Assembly: GCA_963667565.1 (NCBI GenBank)
Contig: OY763415.1
Span: 224,001-288,000, forward strand
Origin: Acholeplasmataceae bacterium
Lineage (GTDB): Bacteria > Bacillota_I > Bacilli_A > Acholeplasmatales > Acholeplasmataceae
Direction: 5' to 3'
DNA length: 64,000 nucleotides
Part shown: piece after piece, positions 1-9,579 of the stretch
How the letters are laid out: the number at the start of each line of letters is the position of its first letter
Position numbering within the stretch: the stretch's first letter is position 1
Position numbers and translations under genes: made by a program
The notes under the pieces: generated by a model
What the model was told of the DNA's origin: nothing
Databases searched by the model: none
What the model saw: the letters and a program-made list of their open reading frames with translations, nothing else

Positions 1-1
1 T

Positions 2-124
2 AAAACATATGTATTAAAATTAAAGGACGTATTTAATGGAATTATCATCATAAAAGATGAAGAACAAAAAGAAGTCATCCTATCTCATAAAACATCTAAA
101 ATGATATTTATAGAAAAACAATAA
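2..124 (+). CDS. 3' end of a gene truncated by the window edge; resembles the C-terminal FeoA/SH3-like domain of DtxR/MntR-family regulators
   Basis: Open frame KTYVLKLKDVFNGIIIIKDEEQKEVILSHKTSKMIFIEKQ* ending at TAA 122-124; family call by pattern only. Confidence 0.35.
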   Translation, partial: KTYVLKLKDVFNGIIIIKDEEQKEVILSHKTSKMIFIEKQ

Positions 125-143
125 AAAAGAAAGGGCGATCTCC

Positions 144-1466
144 ATGTTTAAAGAGCTACTCGAACAAAACAATGTAGAACAATTACATCTATATATTAAA
201 GAAACACATGGTTATGATTTAGCCCAGGATTTTTTAACGTTAAATGAGGATGAGCAAAAACATCTATTTTTATATTTATCACACGAGCAATTAGCAGATA
301 TTGTTTCTTACTTAGAACCTGATGATGCAGCTGATATTTTATCCATATTTGATATTGAAAAACAAAAAGCTGTCGTTGAATTGCTTGAACCAGATGATGC
401 TGTTGATATCATTCAAGAATTAGATGAAGATGATCAAGAAAGACTGATTAGTATATTAGATGATGATTCAGATGTTTTATCATTAATTGATTATGATGAA
501 GATGAAACAGGTTCTATTATGACATCACAAGTACTTATGTTGGAACAAAAACTTGATGTGAAATTAGCAACTAAAAAAGTGATTAAAGAAGCACCCGAAG
601 TTGAAACGATAACACGTCTTTTTGTCGTAGATGAACATCGAAAATTTCTAGGTATTATAGGATTAAAAGATTTATTAAAAGCCAAATCACCGACAACCGT
701 TGAAGACTTAATAAAGCCATCTCCAGTGGTATATGACAAAGATTTGATTGAATCCACTATACAAAAAATTAATCAATATAATATTTATGAAATGCCAGTA
801 TGTAACCAAGAAAATATCTTACTTGGAATGGTTACATTAGATGATGCACTAGATGCTTATGAAGATGAAGCTCAAGAAGATTTTGAAAGACTAGCTGCTC
901 TTCCTGAAACTGTGGAAGGTGCTCCACTTAAAATTGCTCTTCATCGGTTTCCTTGGTTGTTGATGTTATTGTTTGTTTCAATTCCAGTATCATTACTAAC
1001 CAATATGTTTAAAGATATTATCACCGCTGTAGCAGTGATCGTGATTTTTCAACCGATGATATCTGGTGCTGCAGGTAATGCCGCTACTCAAACATTAGCC
1101 GTTACATTAAAAACATTTAATTCCCATGATAAAGCACTAACCAAAAATGCGATTAAAGAAATATCTACAGGTGTGATCAATGGCATTGCACTTGCACTTT
1201 TGGCATTCGTCATTACATTCGTATTTTCATCTATTCAGCATGCAATTACTGTTGAACCTTTTAAAATGGCACTTGTTGTTTCTATGACATTAATTACTAC
1301 AGTTGTATTAGCACCAATCATTGCCATCCTAATTCCAACAGTTTTAAAGATTATAAAAATTGATCCAGCTGTTGCATCTGGACCAATGATTACAACTTTT
1401 TTAGATATGACAACAGTATTTGTCTATTATGGGTTAGCAACTCTCTTGATTGGGGTGATACTATGA
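144..1466 (+). CDS. mgtE: Magnesium transporter MgtE (paralogue 1)
   Basis: Acidic N-domain, CBS pair, 5 TM segments, R-x-PWL, GN motif, DPAVASGP, conserved TM5 Asp (TTFLD). Confidence 0.92.
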   Translation: MFKELLEQNNVEQLHLYIKETHGYDLAQDFLTLNEDEQKHLFLYLSHEQLADIVSYLEPDDAADILSIFDIEKQKAVVELLEPDDAVDIIQELDEDDQERLISILDDDSDVLSLIDYDEDETGSIMTSQVLMLEQKLDVKLATKKVIKEAPEVETITRLFVVDEHRKFLGIIGLKDLLKAKSPTTVEDLIKPSPVVYDKDLIESTIQKINQYNIYEMPVCNQENILLGMVTLDDALDAYEDEAQEDFERLAALPETVEGAPLKIALHRFPWLLMLLFVSIPVSLLTNMFKDIITAVAVIVIFQPMISGAAGNAATQTLAVTLKTFNSHDKALTKNAIKEISTGVINGIALALLAFVITFVFSSIQHAITVEPFKMALVVSMTLITTVVLAPIIAILIPTVLKIIKIDPAVASGPMITTFLDMTTVFVYYGLATLLIGVIL

Positions 1467-2812
1467 AGACAAAAATCAATTTTAAACATAGCGTAGAGTC
1501 AATCAAAAGAGCAATGGCACATCTATACCCATATGATATTGCAGTATTATTTACTTCACTCAAAGATGAAGAAAAGAATAAACTAATAAGCATATTATCA
1601 CTTGATTTATTAACACAAGTCTTTGTTGAACTTGAAAATGACGATCAAATTGAGTTTTATCAATTATTACCATCAACAACTCAAAAATCTTTATTAAGAA
1701 AACTGGAAACAGATGAACTTAAAGCATTTATCGAATTATTTGAAGAACCTCTAGAACAAAAAGAAATCATAGAAAAACTTTCAAAAATAAAAGCAAAAAC
1801 CATTCAACTTTTATTAACATATGATGAAGATGAAGCAGCCTCTATCATGATGACCGACTTTTTTGTTATTCCTGTTGATTTAACAATCAAAGAAGCAACC
1901 AATCTCATCATCACTGAATCTAAAGATAATGATTATATTGATACAGTATTTGTTGAAGATAGTCAAAAAAAATGTATTGGATTTGTGGATTTAAAAGATT
2001 TAATCATTGCAAGACCTAATCAAAAATTAGAAAACATGATGGAAACAGAATTTCCATTTGTCTTAGAACATGACACCATAGAATCAGCGATTGAAAAAAT
2101 ACAAGATTATGATAGAAATGTCATTCCAGTCATGACTGAAGAAAATCTAGTCATTGGAATTATTACTGCTGATGATATTTTTGATGAACTTATTGAAGAC
2201 TATGAAGAAGATTATGATTCATTTGCTCAAATTAGCGATCATGATGAATCAATGTCGCCATTGGCACGTTCTAGACAAAGACTTCCTTGGCTAATCACAG
2301 GCATTGTTTTAAACTTATTAACCATTAGTATTCTTTCCATGTTTTCAGCAACAATTGCGCAAGTGACAGTCCTTATACTATTTCAACCTATGATTTTAGG
2401 TATGGCTGGTAATATTGGAACACAAGCATTAGCCGTAACGATTTTAGGTATTCACCAACAAGATTTTAAAGAGCATAACAAAGCCAAAAAACATATATTA
2501 AAAGAAATGAGTATTGGCTTAATTAATAGTTTATTATTAGGATTGATTGCTTTCGTGTATGTTCAAGTATATTTATCCATTTTAGGTGTTTCCTCACAAT
2601 CACCTTTTGAAGTTGCTATTGCAGTATTTGCAGCACTATCAATCGCAATGTTCTTGTCATCTACACTAGGAAGTTTGGTACCCATCTTATTTGATAAAGT
2701 AGGTATTGATCCATCTGCAGCTTCTGGACCTATGATGGCGACAGTAAACGATATTATTTCTTTGGTTGTCTATTTTAGTATTGCAACACTGATGTTTATA
2801 CAATTTATTTAA
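1463..2812 (+). CDS. mgtE: Magnesium transporter MgtE (paralogue 2)
   Basis: RLPWL, GMAGNIGTQ, DPSAASGP, TVND; ATGA overlap with paralogue 1. Confidence 0.92.
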   Translation: MKTKINFKHSVESIKRAMAHLYPYDIAVLFTSLKDEEKNKLISILSLDLLTQVFVELENDDQIEFYQLLPSTTQKSLLRKLETDELKAFIELFEEPLEQKEIIEKLSKIKAKTIQLLLTYDEDEAASIMMTDFFVIPVDLTIKEATNLIITESKDNDYIDTVFVEDSQKKCIGFVDLKDLIIARPNQKLENMMETEFPFVLEHDTIESAIEKIQDYDRNVIPVMTEENLVIGIITADDIFDELIEDYEEDYDSFAQISDHDESMSPLARSRQRLPWLITGIVLNLLTISILSMFSATIAQVTVLILFQPMILGMAGNIGTQALAVTILGIHQQDFKEHNKAKKHILKEMSIGLINSLLLGLIAFVYVQVYLSILGVSSQSPFEVAIAVFAALSIAMFLSSTLGSLVPILFDKVGIDPSAASGPMMATVNDIISLVVYFSIATLMFIQFI

Positions 2813-2888
2813 TCACTAAAATCAATTTATTAATCATTGGTTTTGATGTATAATGAAATTAATAAATGTTATATTTTGGAGGGTTAAG

Positions 2889-3392
2889 ATGGGAAAAGGT
2901 TTAGATAAATTTAAAAATTGGGTCAATCAATCAACAGATAAAATAAATGAATCATCTAAAAAAATTGAAAAGAAAGTCAAAAACGAAGTAAAATTTTTTC
3001 AAAAACAAGGCAGTTTGAACGAAGCATTTGAACAAGCAAGTTATCAATATGAAATTGTTGGAACTACCAATTGGATGAATAAACCTAAACGTATAAAAGG
3101 GTTTTTAGTTGAGGATGATTTAAAAATACTTATTAAAATTGAAGAAGAAAACCATGAACTTATCGTCAAAAATGTATTATTAAAAGACGTTAAAGATGAA
3201 TCCATCATTCAAATTGATGAAGTCCACAGAGATGAAATGGTGTATCTTGATTTAAAAGTTGATGATCAAGTGATGCCTGTGGGATGTTTTTATGCGACTT
3301 ACAAAGCACAAGATATTCCAAATAATAGAAAAAACGTTGTCAAAGTTGAAGATGATAAAATTGTAGGAACTGTACACTTTCAAGTTAAATAA
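2889..3392 (+). CDS. Hypothetical protein
   Basis: ORF; ATG 2889 preceded by GGAGG is preferred to the track start at 2853. Confidence 0.6.
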   Translation: MGKGLDKFKNWVNQSTDKINESSKKIEKKVKNEVKFFQKQGSLNEAFEQASYQYEIVGTTNWMNKPKRIKGFLVEDDLKILIKIEEENHELIVKNVLLKDVKDESIIQIDEVHRDEMVYLDLKVDDQVMPVGCFYATYKAQDIPNNRKNVVKVEDDKIVGTVHFQVK

Positions 3393-3403
3393 TTACCTTT
3401 AAT

Positions 3404-3426
3404 AAAGCACTTTAAGTGCTTTTTTT
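3404..3426 (+). terminator. Intrinsic terminator
   Basis: AAAGCACT-TTA-AGTGCTTT followed by a T run. Confidence 0.7.
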
Positions 3427-3462
3427 ATGCTATAATTAAATTATGAAAGCGAGGATTAAAAA

Positions 3463-4953
3463 ATGAATCAACATTTAGAAATATATAAACAAGCTAGAAG
3501 TAAGCTTAAGGCATACGAATATTTTTTATGGCTATATAGTTGGGACCAAGAAACAGAAGCACCAAAAGATGCACCTAAATATAGTGAAAAACAATTTGCG
3601 ATTTTATATGAAGAAGCATATAAGATTGAATCAGATCCAGCATATATCGAAGCTATCAATTATCTATATGAGCATCTTGATGAATTAGAAGATGAAGATT
3701 TCAAAGTCGAAATTAAGCATGAGTATAAAAACATAAGAATGGTCATAAAAGTACCTAAAGATGAATATTTGGCTTATGGTTTACTTATTCAACAAGCACC
3801 TGCGATTTGGTTAGAAGCTAAAGAAAAAAATGATTTTAGCATTTATGCACCAACATTAAAGAAAATTATTGATGCAAATAAACAACTTGTTAAGTACTTA
3901 GAAACAGATGAGCTTAAAGGTTATGATGTGTTACTTGATATGTATGAAGAGGGCTTTGGTGTAGAAACTTACGACCAATTCTTCCAAATTATCAAAGATG
4001 AACTTGTTCCCTTTGTCTCTGAAGTCACTAAAGTTAAAGGGCCAAGATTTAGTAAGAAATTAACTAAAGGTGTGTTTGCTGCTGATAAACAAGAAGCATT
4101 TTCAAAATATTTAATGGATGTCTTTAAATATGATCAAAATCGTGCTGTTCTAAAAGAAAGCGCGCATCCATTTACTTCAGGTGTAAGTAGTTTTGACACT
4201 AGAATTACAACACATTATCATGAAGATAATGTTTTATCAAGTATTTTTTCAACTATTCATGAAATGGGACATGCGATTTATGAACTTCAAAATGATCCTA
4301 AATATGATGAAACCTATTTACATGGCGGAACAAGTTTAGGTATACACGAATCACAATCACGTATGTTTGAAAATATGATAGGACGTTCTTATGCTTTTTG
4401 GGAACTTCATTATCCAAAACTAGTTGAATTATTCCCTAAACAATTAAAAGATACATCAGTTCTAGATTTTTATAAATATATAAATCAAGCAAAACGTTCA
4501 CTGATTCGTATTGAAGCTGATGAACTTACATATTCACTTCATGTATTAGTCAGATATGAACTTGAAAAACTTATGATTAATGGAAAAGTTAAAGTTGAAG
4601 ATCTCCCTAAAAAATGGAATGGACTTATGAGTAAGTATGTTGGTAAAAAACCATCTAAGGATCAAGAAGGTATCCTACAAGATATTCACTGGTCACATGG
4701 ATCTATAGGATATTTTCCAACATATGCATTAGGCTCTGCTTATGCAGCACAAATTTATGAAGCCATGAATAAAGATTTCAGTGTTGAATTAGCTATAGGA
4801 AATAATGATCAAGCTAGAATCAATGAATGGTTAAAAGAAAAAGTGCATCAATTTGCACAATCTAAATCACCTAAAGAGATTATGGTGATTGCAACTAAAG
4901 AAAATTTCAATCCTAAGTATTACATTGATTATTTAAAGAGAAAATTTAGTTAA
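3463..4953 (+). CDS. Carboxypeptidase, M32 (Taq) family
   Basis: HPF, HEMGH zinc motif, HESQS, IRIEADE, QDIHW, GYFPTYALG. Confidence 0.95.
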   Translation: MNQHLEIYKQARSKLKAYEYFLWLYSWDQETEAPKDAPKYSEKQFAILYEEAYKIESDPAYIEAINYLYEHLDELEDEDFKVEIKHEYKNIRMVIKVPKDEYLAYGLLIQQAPAIWLEAKEKNDFSIYAPTLKKIIDANKQLVKYLETDELKGYDVLLDMYEEGFGVETYDQFFQIIKDELVPFVSEVTKVKGPRFSKKLTKGVFAADKQEAFSKYLMDVFKYDQNRAVLKESAHPFTSGVSSFDTRITTHYHEDNVLSSIFSTIHEMGHAIYELQNDPKYDETYLHGGTSLGIHESQSRMFENMIGRSYAFWELHYPKLVELFPKQLKDTSVLDFYKYINQAKRSLIRIEADELTYSLHVLVRYELEKLMINGKVKVEDLPKKWNGLMSKYVGKKPSKDQEGILQDIHWSHGSIGYFPTYALGSAYAAQIYEAMNKDFSVELAIGNNDQARINEWLKEKVHQFAQSKSPKEIMVIATKENFNPKYYIDYLKRKFS

Positions 4954-4965
4954 TCGAGGAAACAT

Positions 4966-6183
4966 ATGTATTCGATACGTTCTTTATATCAAATAGGATA
5001 TGGACCATCTAGTTCACATACGATGGGACCTGCGAAAGCCGTATTTAAAATTCAAAAAAAACACCCAGAGGCAAATCGATATCAAATAACCTTATTTAAT
5101 TCGCTTGCACTAACGGGTAAAGGACATCTTACAGAAGAAGCTATATACTCAACACTTGGTCATCAAAATGTTGAGTTTTTAACTCAAATTGATGTGAGTA
5201 AACATCCTAATTACTTAGTGATATCAGCATTTAAAAATGATGAACTCATTAGAACATATGAAGTGATGAGTGTCGGTGGTGGAAGAATTGTTTTTGAAGG
5301 TGAAGTTTGCGAAGAATTAGAAATTTATCCGCACCATCGATTTAAAGAAATTAAAAAGTACTGCAAAGAAAAAAACATCTCGCTTTATGATTATGTCATA
5401 GAAGTTGAAGGTGAACCATTCAAAGAAGATTTAATGCGTGTTTGGCAAGCAATGAAAGATGCTATCATGCGTGGAATTAAAGCTAAAGATGTTTTACCTG
5501 GGCCCTTAAAGATGAAAAGAAAAGCGTTTGAGTTATTTCATTATCCTGTTGAAAATGAAATGAATGAGATCACAGAAAATAGAATGGTTAGCAGTTATGC
5601 ATATGCAGTTTCTGAAGAAAATGCAGCAGGTGGACTCATCGTCACTGCACCGACTTGTGGTGCATGTGGAGTCTTACCGGCTGTGCTTAAATATACATTC
5701 GAAAAGCATGCTTTCTTAGATGAACATAAAGTGATTGAAGCATTGGCAGTAGCAGGTTTGTTTGGTAATTTAATCAAATATAACGCATCTATTTCTGGAG
5801 CTGTTGCTGGATGTCAAGCAGAAATTGGAAGTGCATGTTCAATGGCGGCAAGTGCACATGCTTATATGCTTGGATTAAACATTAATCAGATTGAATATGC
5901 AGCAGAGATTGCGATGGAACATCATTTAGGATTGACTTGCGATCCAGTAAATGGATACGTTCAAATTCCGTGTATTGAACGAAATGCAGTTGCTGCACTT
6001 CGTGCAATTAATGCATCAAGACTTGCATTTTTTCTTTCGGATTCAAGAAAAATTTCATTTGACACAGTTGTTGAAACCATGTATCAAACTGGACTTGACA
6101 TGAATCAATCATATAAAGAAACAGCACTTGGTGGTTTGGCAAAATATTATAAAGAGGACGATAATGATGCTAACTGTTGGTAG
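4966..6183 (+). CDS. sdaA: L-serine dehydratase, Fe-S dependent, single chain
   Basis: GPSSSHT, SLALTGKGH, APTCGACG, GCQAEIG, GLTCDP, QIPCIERN. Confidence 0.92.
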   Translation: MYSIRSLYQIGYGPSSSHTMGPAKAVFKIQKKHPEANRYQITLFNSLALTGKGHLTEEAIYSTLGHQNVEFLTQIDVSKHPNYLVISAFKNDELIRTYEVMSVGGGRIVFEGEVCEELEIYPHHRFKEIKKYCKEKNISLYDYVIEVEGEPFKEDLMRVWQAMKDAIMRGIKAKDVLPGPLKMKRKAFELFHYPVENEMNEITENRMVSSYAYAVSEENAAGGLIVTAPTCGACGVLPAVLKYTFEKHAFLDEHKVIEALAVAGLFGNLIKYNASISGAVAGCQAEIGSACSMAASAHAYMLGLNINQIEYAAEIAMEHHLGLTCDPVNGYVQIPCIERNAVAALRAINASRLAFFLSDSRKISFDTVVETMYQTGLDMNQSYKETALGGLAKYYKEDDNDANCW

Positions 6184-7462
6184 ACAATTGACTGTTGAAG
6201 TCATTGATTTGGATTATAAAGGACAAGGTGTAAGTAGAATTGATGGCTATGTCATTTTTACACCAGGTCTTTTAGTTGGAGAAAAAGCAGTTGTTGAGAT
6301 TACAAAAATAAATAAAAGTTTTGCAGAAGCTGATCTTATAGAAATATTGACGATTAGCAAAAAAAGAGTTCATGACTCTAGTTTATTAGGTAGTATTGAA
6401 CTATACCATTTAGATGTTTTAGAACAAATCAAATGGCAAGAAAAAGTGACTGTTGAAACATTTAAGAAAATTGCAAATTTAGACATCACATTAAATGAAA
6501 CCATTACGGATCAAAGATATATAAATTATCGAAATAAAAGTGTTTTTCATGTCATTGAAGGACCCGTGATTAAGCTTGGATTATATTTAAAAAATTATTT
6601 ATTAACTGAAACACAACAATTTGTTTTATCAGATAAAGTTACCAATAAATTTTTAAACTTGATCAATCGATCATATATGCCTATCGAAACAAATGTTTTA
6701 ACGCATGTAGCCTTTAGAACTAACGAAAAGGGACAAATCTTAATTACATTTGTTTCTAAAAAAGAAGATGTTAAAGGACTTGATTTTTTAGTTAAAAGAT
6801 TAAAAAATGAAGAAGAAGTGATGGGTATTACATTAAATATTAAAGATCATCCTAAACATATTTTAGGACAACAAAGTTTCGTCTTATATGGGAAAAATGA
6901 AATTATTGAGACATTAAAAAATTATCAATTACCTATTAACGATCGAAGTTTTTTCCAAATCAATTTTCCTGTCATGAAAAAGGTGTTTGATAAGATTGAA
7001 GAACACTTATTAAAAAACAGTGTTTTAATTGAAGCATATAGTGGTATTGGAACGATTGGTTTATCATTACTTGATCAAGTGAAATCATGTGTGATGATTG
7101 AATCAAATAAAGAAAATATCGAAATGAGTAAATTAATTATTGATCAAAATCATATTCATCAAATTGAACTTGTAGAAGCGAGAGCTGAACACGTGATTGA
7201 TCAATATCCTGGAGATGTATTATTAGTAGACCCTCCAAGACAAGGACTACTTCAAACATTTATTGATAAAGTTTTATTGATGCAGTTTAAACAAGTGATT
7301 TATGTCTCATGTGATGTTAAAACGCTCGTTAGAGATTTAGTCTTATTAAGCGAAGTATTTGAAATCACGCATATATATCCTATTAGAATGTTCCATCATA
7401 CGATTTCTATTGAAACACTCGTTATTTTAAAACGAAAAAGCAATGAAAGAAGTGATCTATAA
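6164..7462 (+). CDS. rlmD: 23S rRNA m5U methyltransferase, RlmD/RlmCD family
   Basis: N-terminal TRAM domain, YRNK, SFFQIN, VDPPRQG, YVSC; start moved to the ATG after a GAGG RBS. Confidence 0.85.
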   Translation: MMLTVGRQLTVEVIDLDYKGQGVSRIDGYVIFTPGLLVGEKAVVEITKINKSFAEADLIEILTISKKRVHDSSLLGSIELYHLDVLEQIKWQEKVTVETFKKIANLDITLNETITDQRYINYRNKSVFHVIEGPVIKLGLYLKNYLLTETQQFVLSDKVTNKFLNLINRSYMPIETNVLTHVAFRTNEKGQILITFVSKKEDVKGLDFLVKRLKNEEEVMGITLNIKDHPKHILGQQSFVLYGKNEIIETLKNYQLPINDRSFFQINFPVMKKVFDKIEEHLLKNSVLIEAYSGIGTIGLSLLDQVKSCVMIESNKENIEMSKLIIDQNHIHQIELVEARAEHVIDQYPGDVLLVDPPRQGLLQTFIDKVLLMQFKQVIYVSCDVKTLVRDLVLLSEVFEITHIYPIRMFHHTISIETLVILKRKSNERSDL

Positions 7463-8205
7463 TGGTTATGAAAATTAAGAATCAATTACCTGCTATTTTA
7501 CTTGTTATTGGCCTTAGTATACTTTTATTGGTACTTTCTATCTTAGGAAAAGACGCACAAACTTTTGTGTTCTGGGGATCTTCATCTAGACAAGTGTTTG
7601 CAGATGTTGCAAATCAAAACATTCGTCATACAGATCATTTTAATTGGTCATTTATTTTCATTTTCACTGTGGTTGTTTATATTTATTTTACAGAATTAAA
7701 ACAAAAAAACTATAAAGGCATAGCTGCGGCACTCGCACTTTATGGGGTCCACTTCATTTATGAAATATTAAACGCTGTGATTCAATCTATATTTGGATAT
7801 GCCTTATGGACAGTGTCACCAGAAAGTACATCACTGATGTTACTCATTGGTGTTTCTTGGGAGTTGTCCATGATGTTTGCTGTCGCTGGCCTAATTATGT
7901 CAAAATTATTACCAGATGATAAGAATTTAAAAATTTTAGGGATGAATAACCGCATTTTTTTCGCGATTCTAAATGCACTTTTTTTCTCATTATTTGAAAT
8001 TTTCTTAGCAGGAACTGATGCATTTATTTGGACATATGCTTGGTGGGGAACGATTCCAGTATTTATAACCACATATATACCATTCTTCTTAGCAGCATTT
8101 CTTATTTATGATGCTAAACCAAAAACACAAATTAAGTTTCTTAGTGTGTGTTGGTCAATCGTTGTTTTATTACTGATCACATTAATCCCTTTGGGTATCA
8201 TTTAA
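7462..8205 (+). CDS. Multi-pass membrane protein of unknown function
   Basis: About 7 hydrophobic segments. Confidence 0.7.
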   Translation: MVMKIKNQLPAILLVIGLSILLLVLSILGKDAQTFVFWGSSSRQVFADVANQNIRHTDHFNWSFIFIFTVVVYIYFTELKQKNYKGIAAALALYGVHFIYEILNAVIQSIFGYALWTVSPESTSLMLLIGVSWELSMMFAVAGLIMSKLLPDDKNLKILGMNNRIFFAILNALFFSLFEIFLAGTDAFIWTYAWWGTIPVFITTYIPFFLAAFLIYDAKPKTQIKFLSVCWSIVVLLLITLIPLGII

Positions 8206-8215
8206 TATAGAAAAG

Positions 8216-8247
8216 AAAAGATGTTTGCATGTGCAAACATCTTTTTT
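8216..8247. terminator. Bidirectional intrinsic terminator between convergent genes
   Basis: AAAAGATGTTTGCA-TG-TGCAAACATCTTTT, A/T runs on both sides. Confidence 0.85.
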
Positions 8248-9220
8248 ATCTTTTATAATCTATATGTGATAAATCAATTCTAAAACGACAACGATCATCT
8301 TTACTTAAAGGAGATTCTAAAACTTCAATAGGAAGTGATTGTCCTAAAATTGTTTCAAAAGGTAATTTTGCAAAACCAGCACTACATGAGCACCAACGTT
8401 TTGGGATATCATATTGATTTTGCTTGAGATTTTCTCTAACAAATGAACAATAGCATGCATAATAGTGTTTAAGATGACCCTCATGTTCTAAATAGTTTTT
8501 CGTATCATAAGGTATTTTAGTCATATATAAATAATGATCTTCAATTCTGCCACTTAATATTTCTTGATTAGATTTGACATATTCAATGACTTCAGGTGTA
8601 ATCTTTTGTTCAAACCAAATCTTATTAGCTTCATAATGTTCTTTAAGTTCCAAAACTTTACGTTCATGACGAGATTTTAAGTATGCTTCTAAAGTAGGAG
8701 AATCATCGTAAAAAGATTTTTCATCATCAAAGCTTGATGTTGGAATTTGATGGTGATTATTTGCCAATACTAAATGACATGTCTCATCATCTAAATGACG
8801 TTTTAGTGTTTCTAGAAATAATTTAGTTAAACCTGGATAATCTGTTGGTTCTGTGAGAAATGGAGGAATGACAATATCCTTTTCTATTTGTTTTTTCATT
8901 TTAGCATCCACGATATCTTCAACATGATTTACGATGCTTTCTAATACACCATGACTATTAAAATACTTTGTCATATGTATGTAATGATCTTTAAGATCAG
9001 CATAATAAAAATAACGTGCAATATGGATGATATGTTCATATGTATTGATCTTATGATCAATAAGATAATCACTGTATAACGGAAGTTCATCAACTAAAAT
9101 ATCATCTATGTCTTTTCCAACAACACGTTCTAATAACGCAATAGAAGATAGTGCATTTTGAATCAGTTGATCACTCATATTTAATTTTTGATATAGATTG
9201 ACAATGATTTCTTTTCTCAT
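8246..9220 (-). CDS. Cys-motif protein with a V4R/DUF6144-like C-terminal domain
   Basis: CYC...WCSCSAGF...E.LES....DRCRFRI pattern; ATG 9220 follows GGGG. Confidence 0.6.
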   Translation of the reverse strand: MRKEIIVNLYQKLNMSDQLIQNALSSIALLERVVGKDIDDILVDELPLYSDYLIDHKINTYEHIIHIARYFYYADLKDHYIHMTKYFNSHGVLESIVNHVEDIVDAKMKKQIEKDIVIPPFLTEPTDYPGLTKLFLETLKRHLDDETCHLVLANNHHQIPTSSFDDEKSFYDDSPTLEAYLKSRHERKVLELKEHYEANKIWFEQKITPEVIEYVKSNQEILSGRIEDHYLYMTKIPYDTKNYLEHEGHLKHYYACYCSFVRENLKQNQYDIPKRWCSCSAGFAKLPFETILGQSLPIEVLESPLSKDDRCRFRIDLSHIDYKR

Positions 9221-9579
9221 AGATAACCCCACTTATATCTGATTGTTCATATTTTATCATATTTTTCAAAGATTAATTTATTAAATTAAAGTCCAATTAA
9301 AAACGTTAAAAAAGCTATCTTTTAAGTTTCAAATGTAGATTATTCAATAATCAGGTATAAAAATATCATATTTTAAGCATATAAGCACATTTTTATAAAA
9401 AATATAGTAAGATATAAATATAATTTATATATCATAGAGGGGCTATGGTTTTAATCGAAAACATAGGAAGCAATGGGCTACCGGTGTTTTTTTTGTTATA
9501 TAAGCATAAAAAAACGATCTGTAAAAAAGCATTAAAAACATATTTACACTTTAAATGTGTAAGTAAAGCAGGTGAAAGT

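Noticed and set aside
9430..9500. Known riboswitch (c-di-GMP, purine, preQ1) in the cluster leader
   Set aside because: Conserved cores could not be matched; kept only as a low-confidence structured leader.
9445..9579. ORF-track N-terminal extension of the first cluster gene
   Set aside because: The extension runs through T8/A-rich regulatory-looking DNA. ATG 9580 has an AGGTG RBS and begins just before the TM helices.
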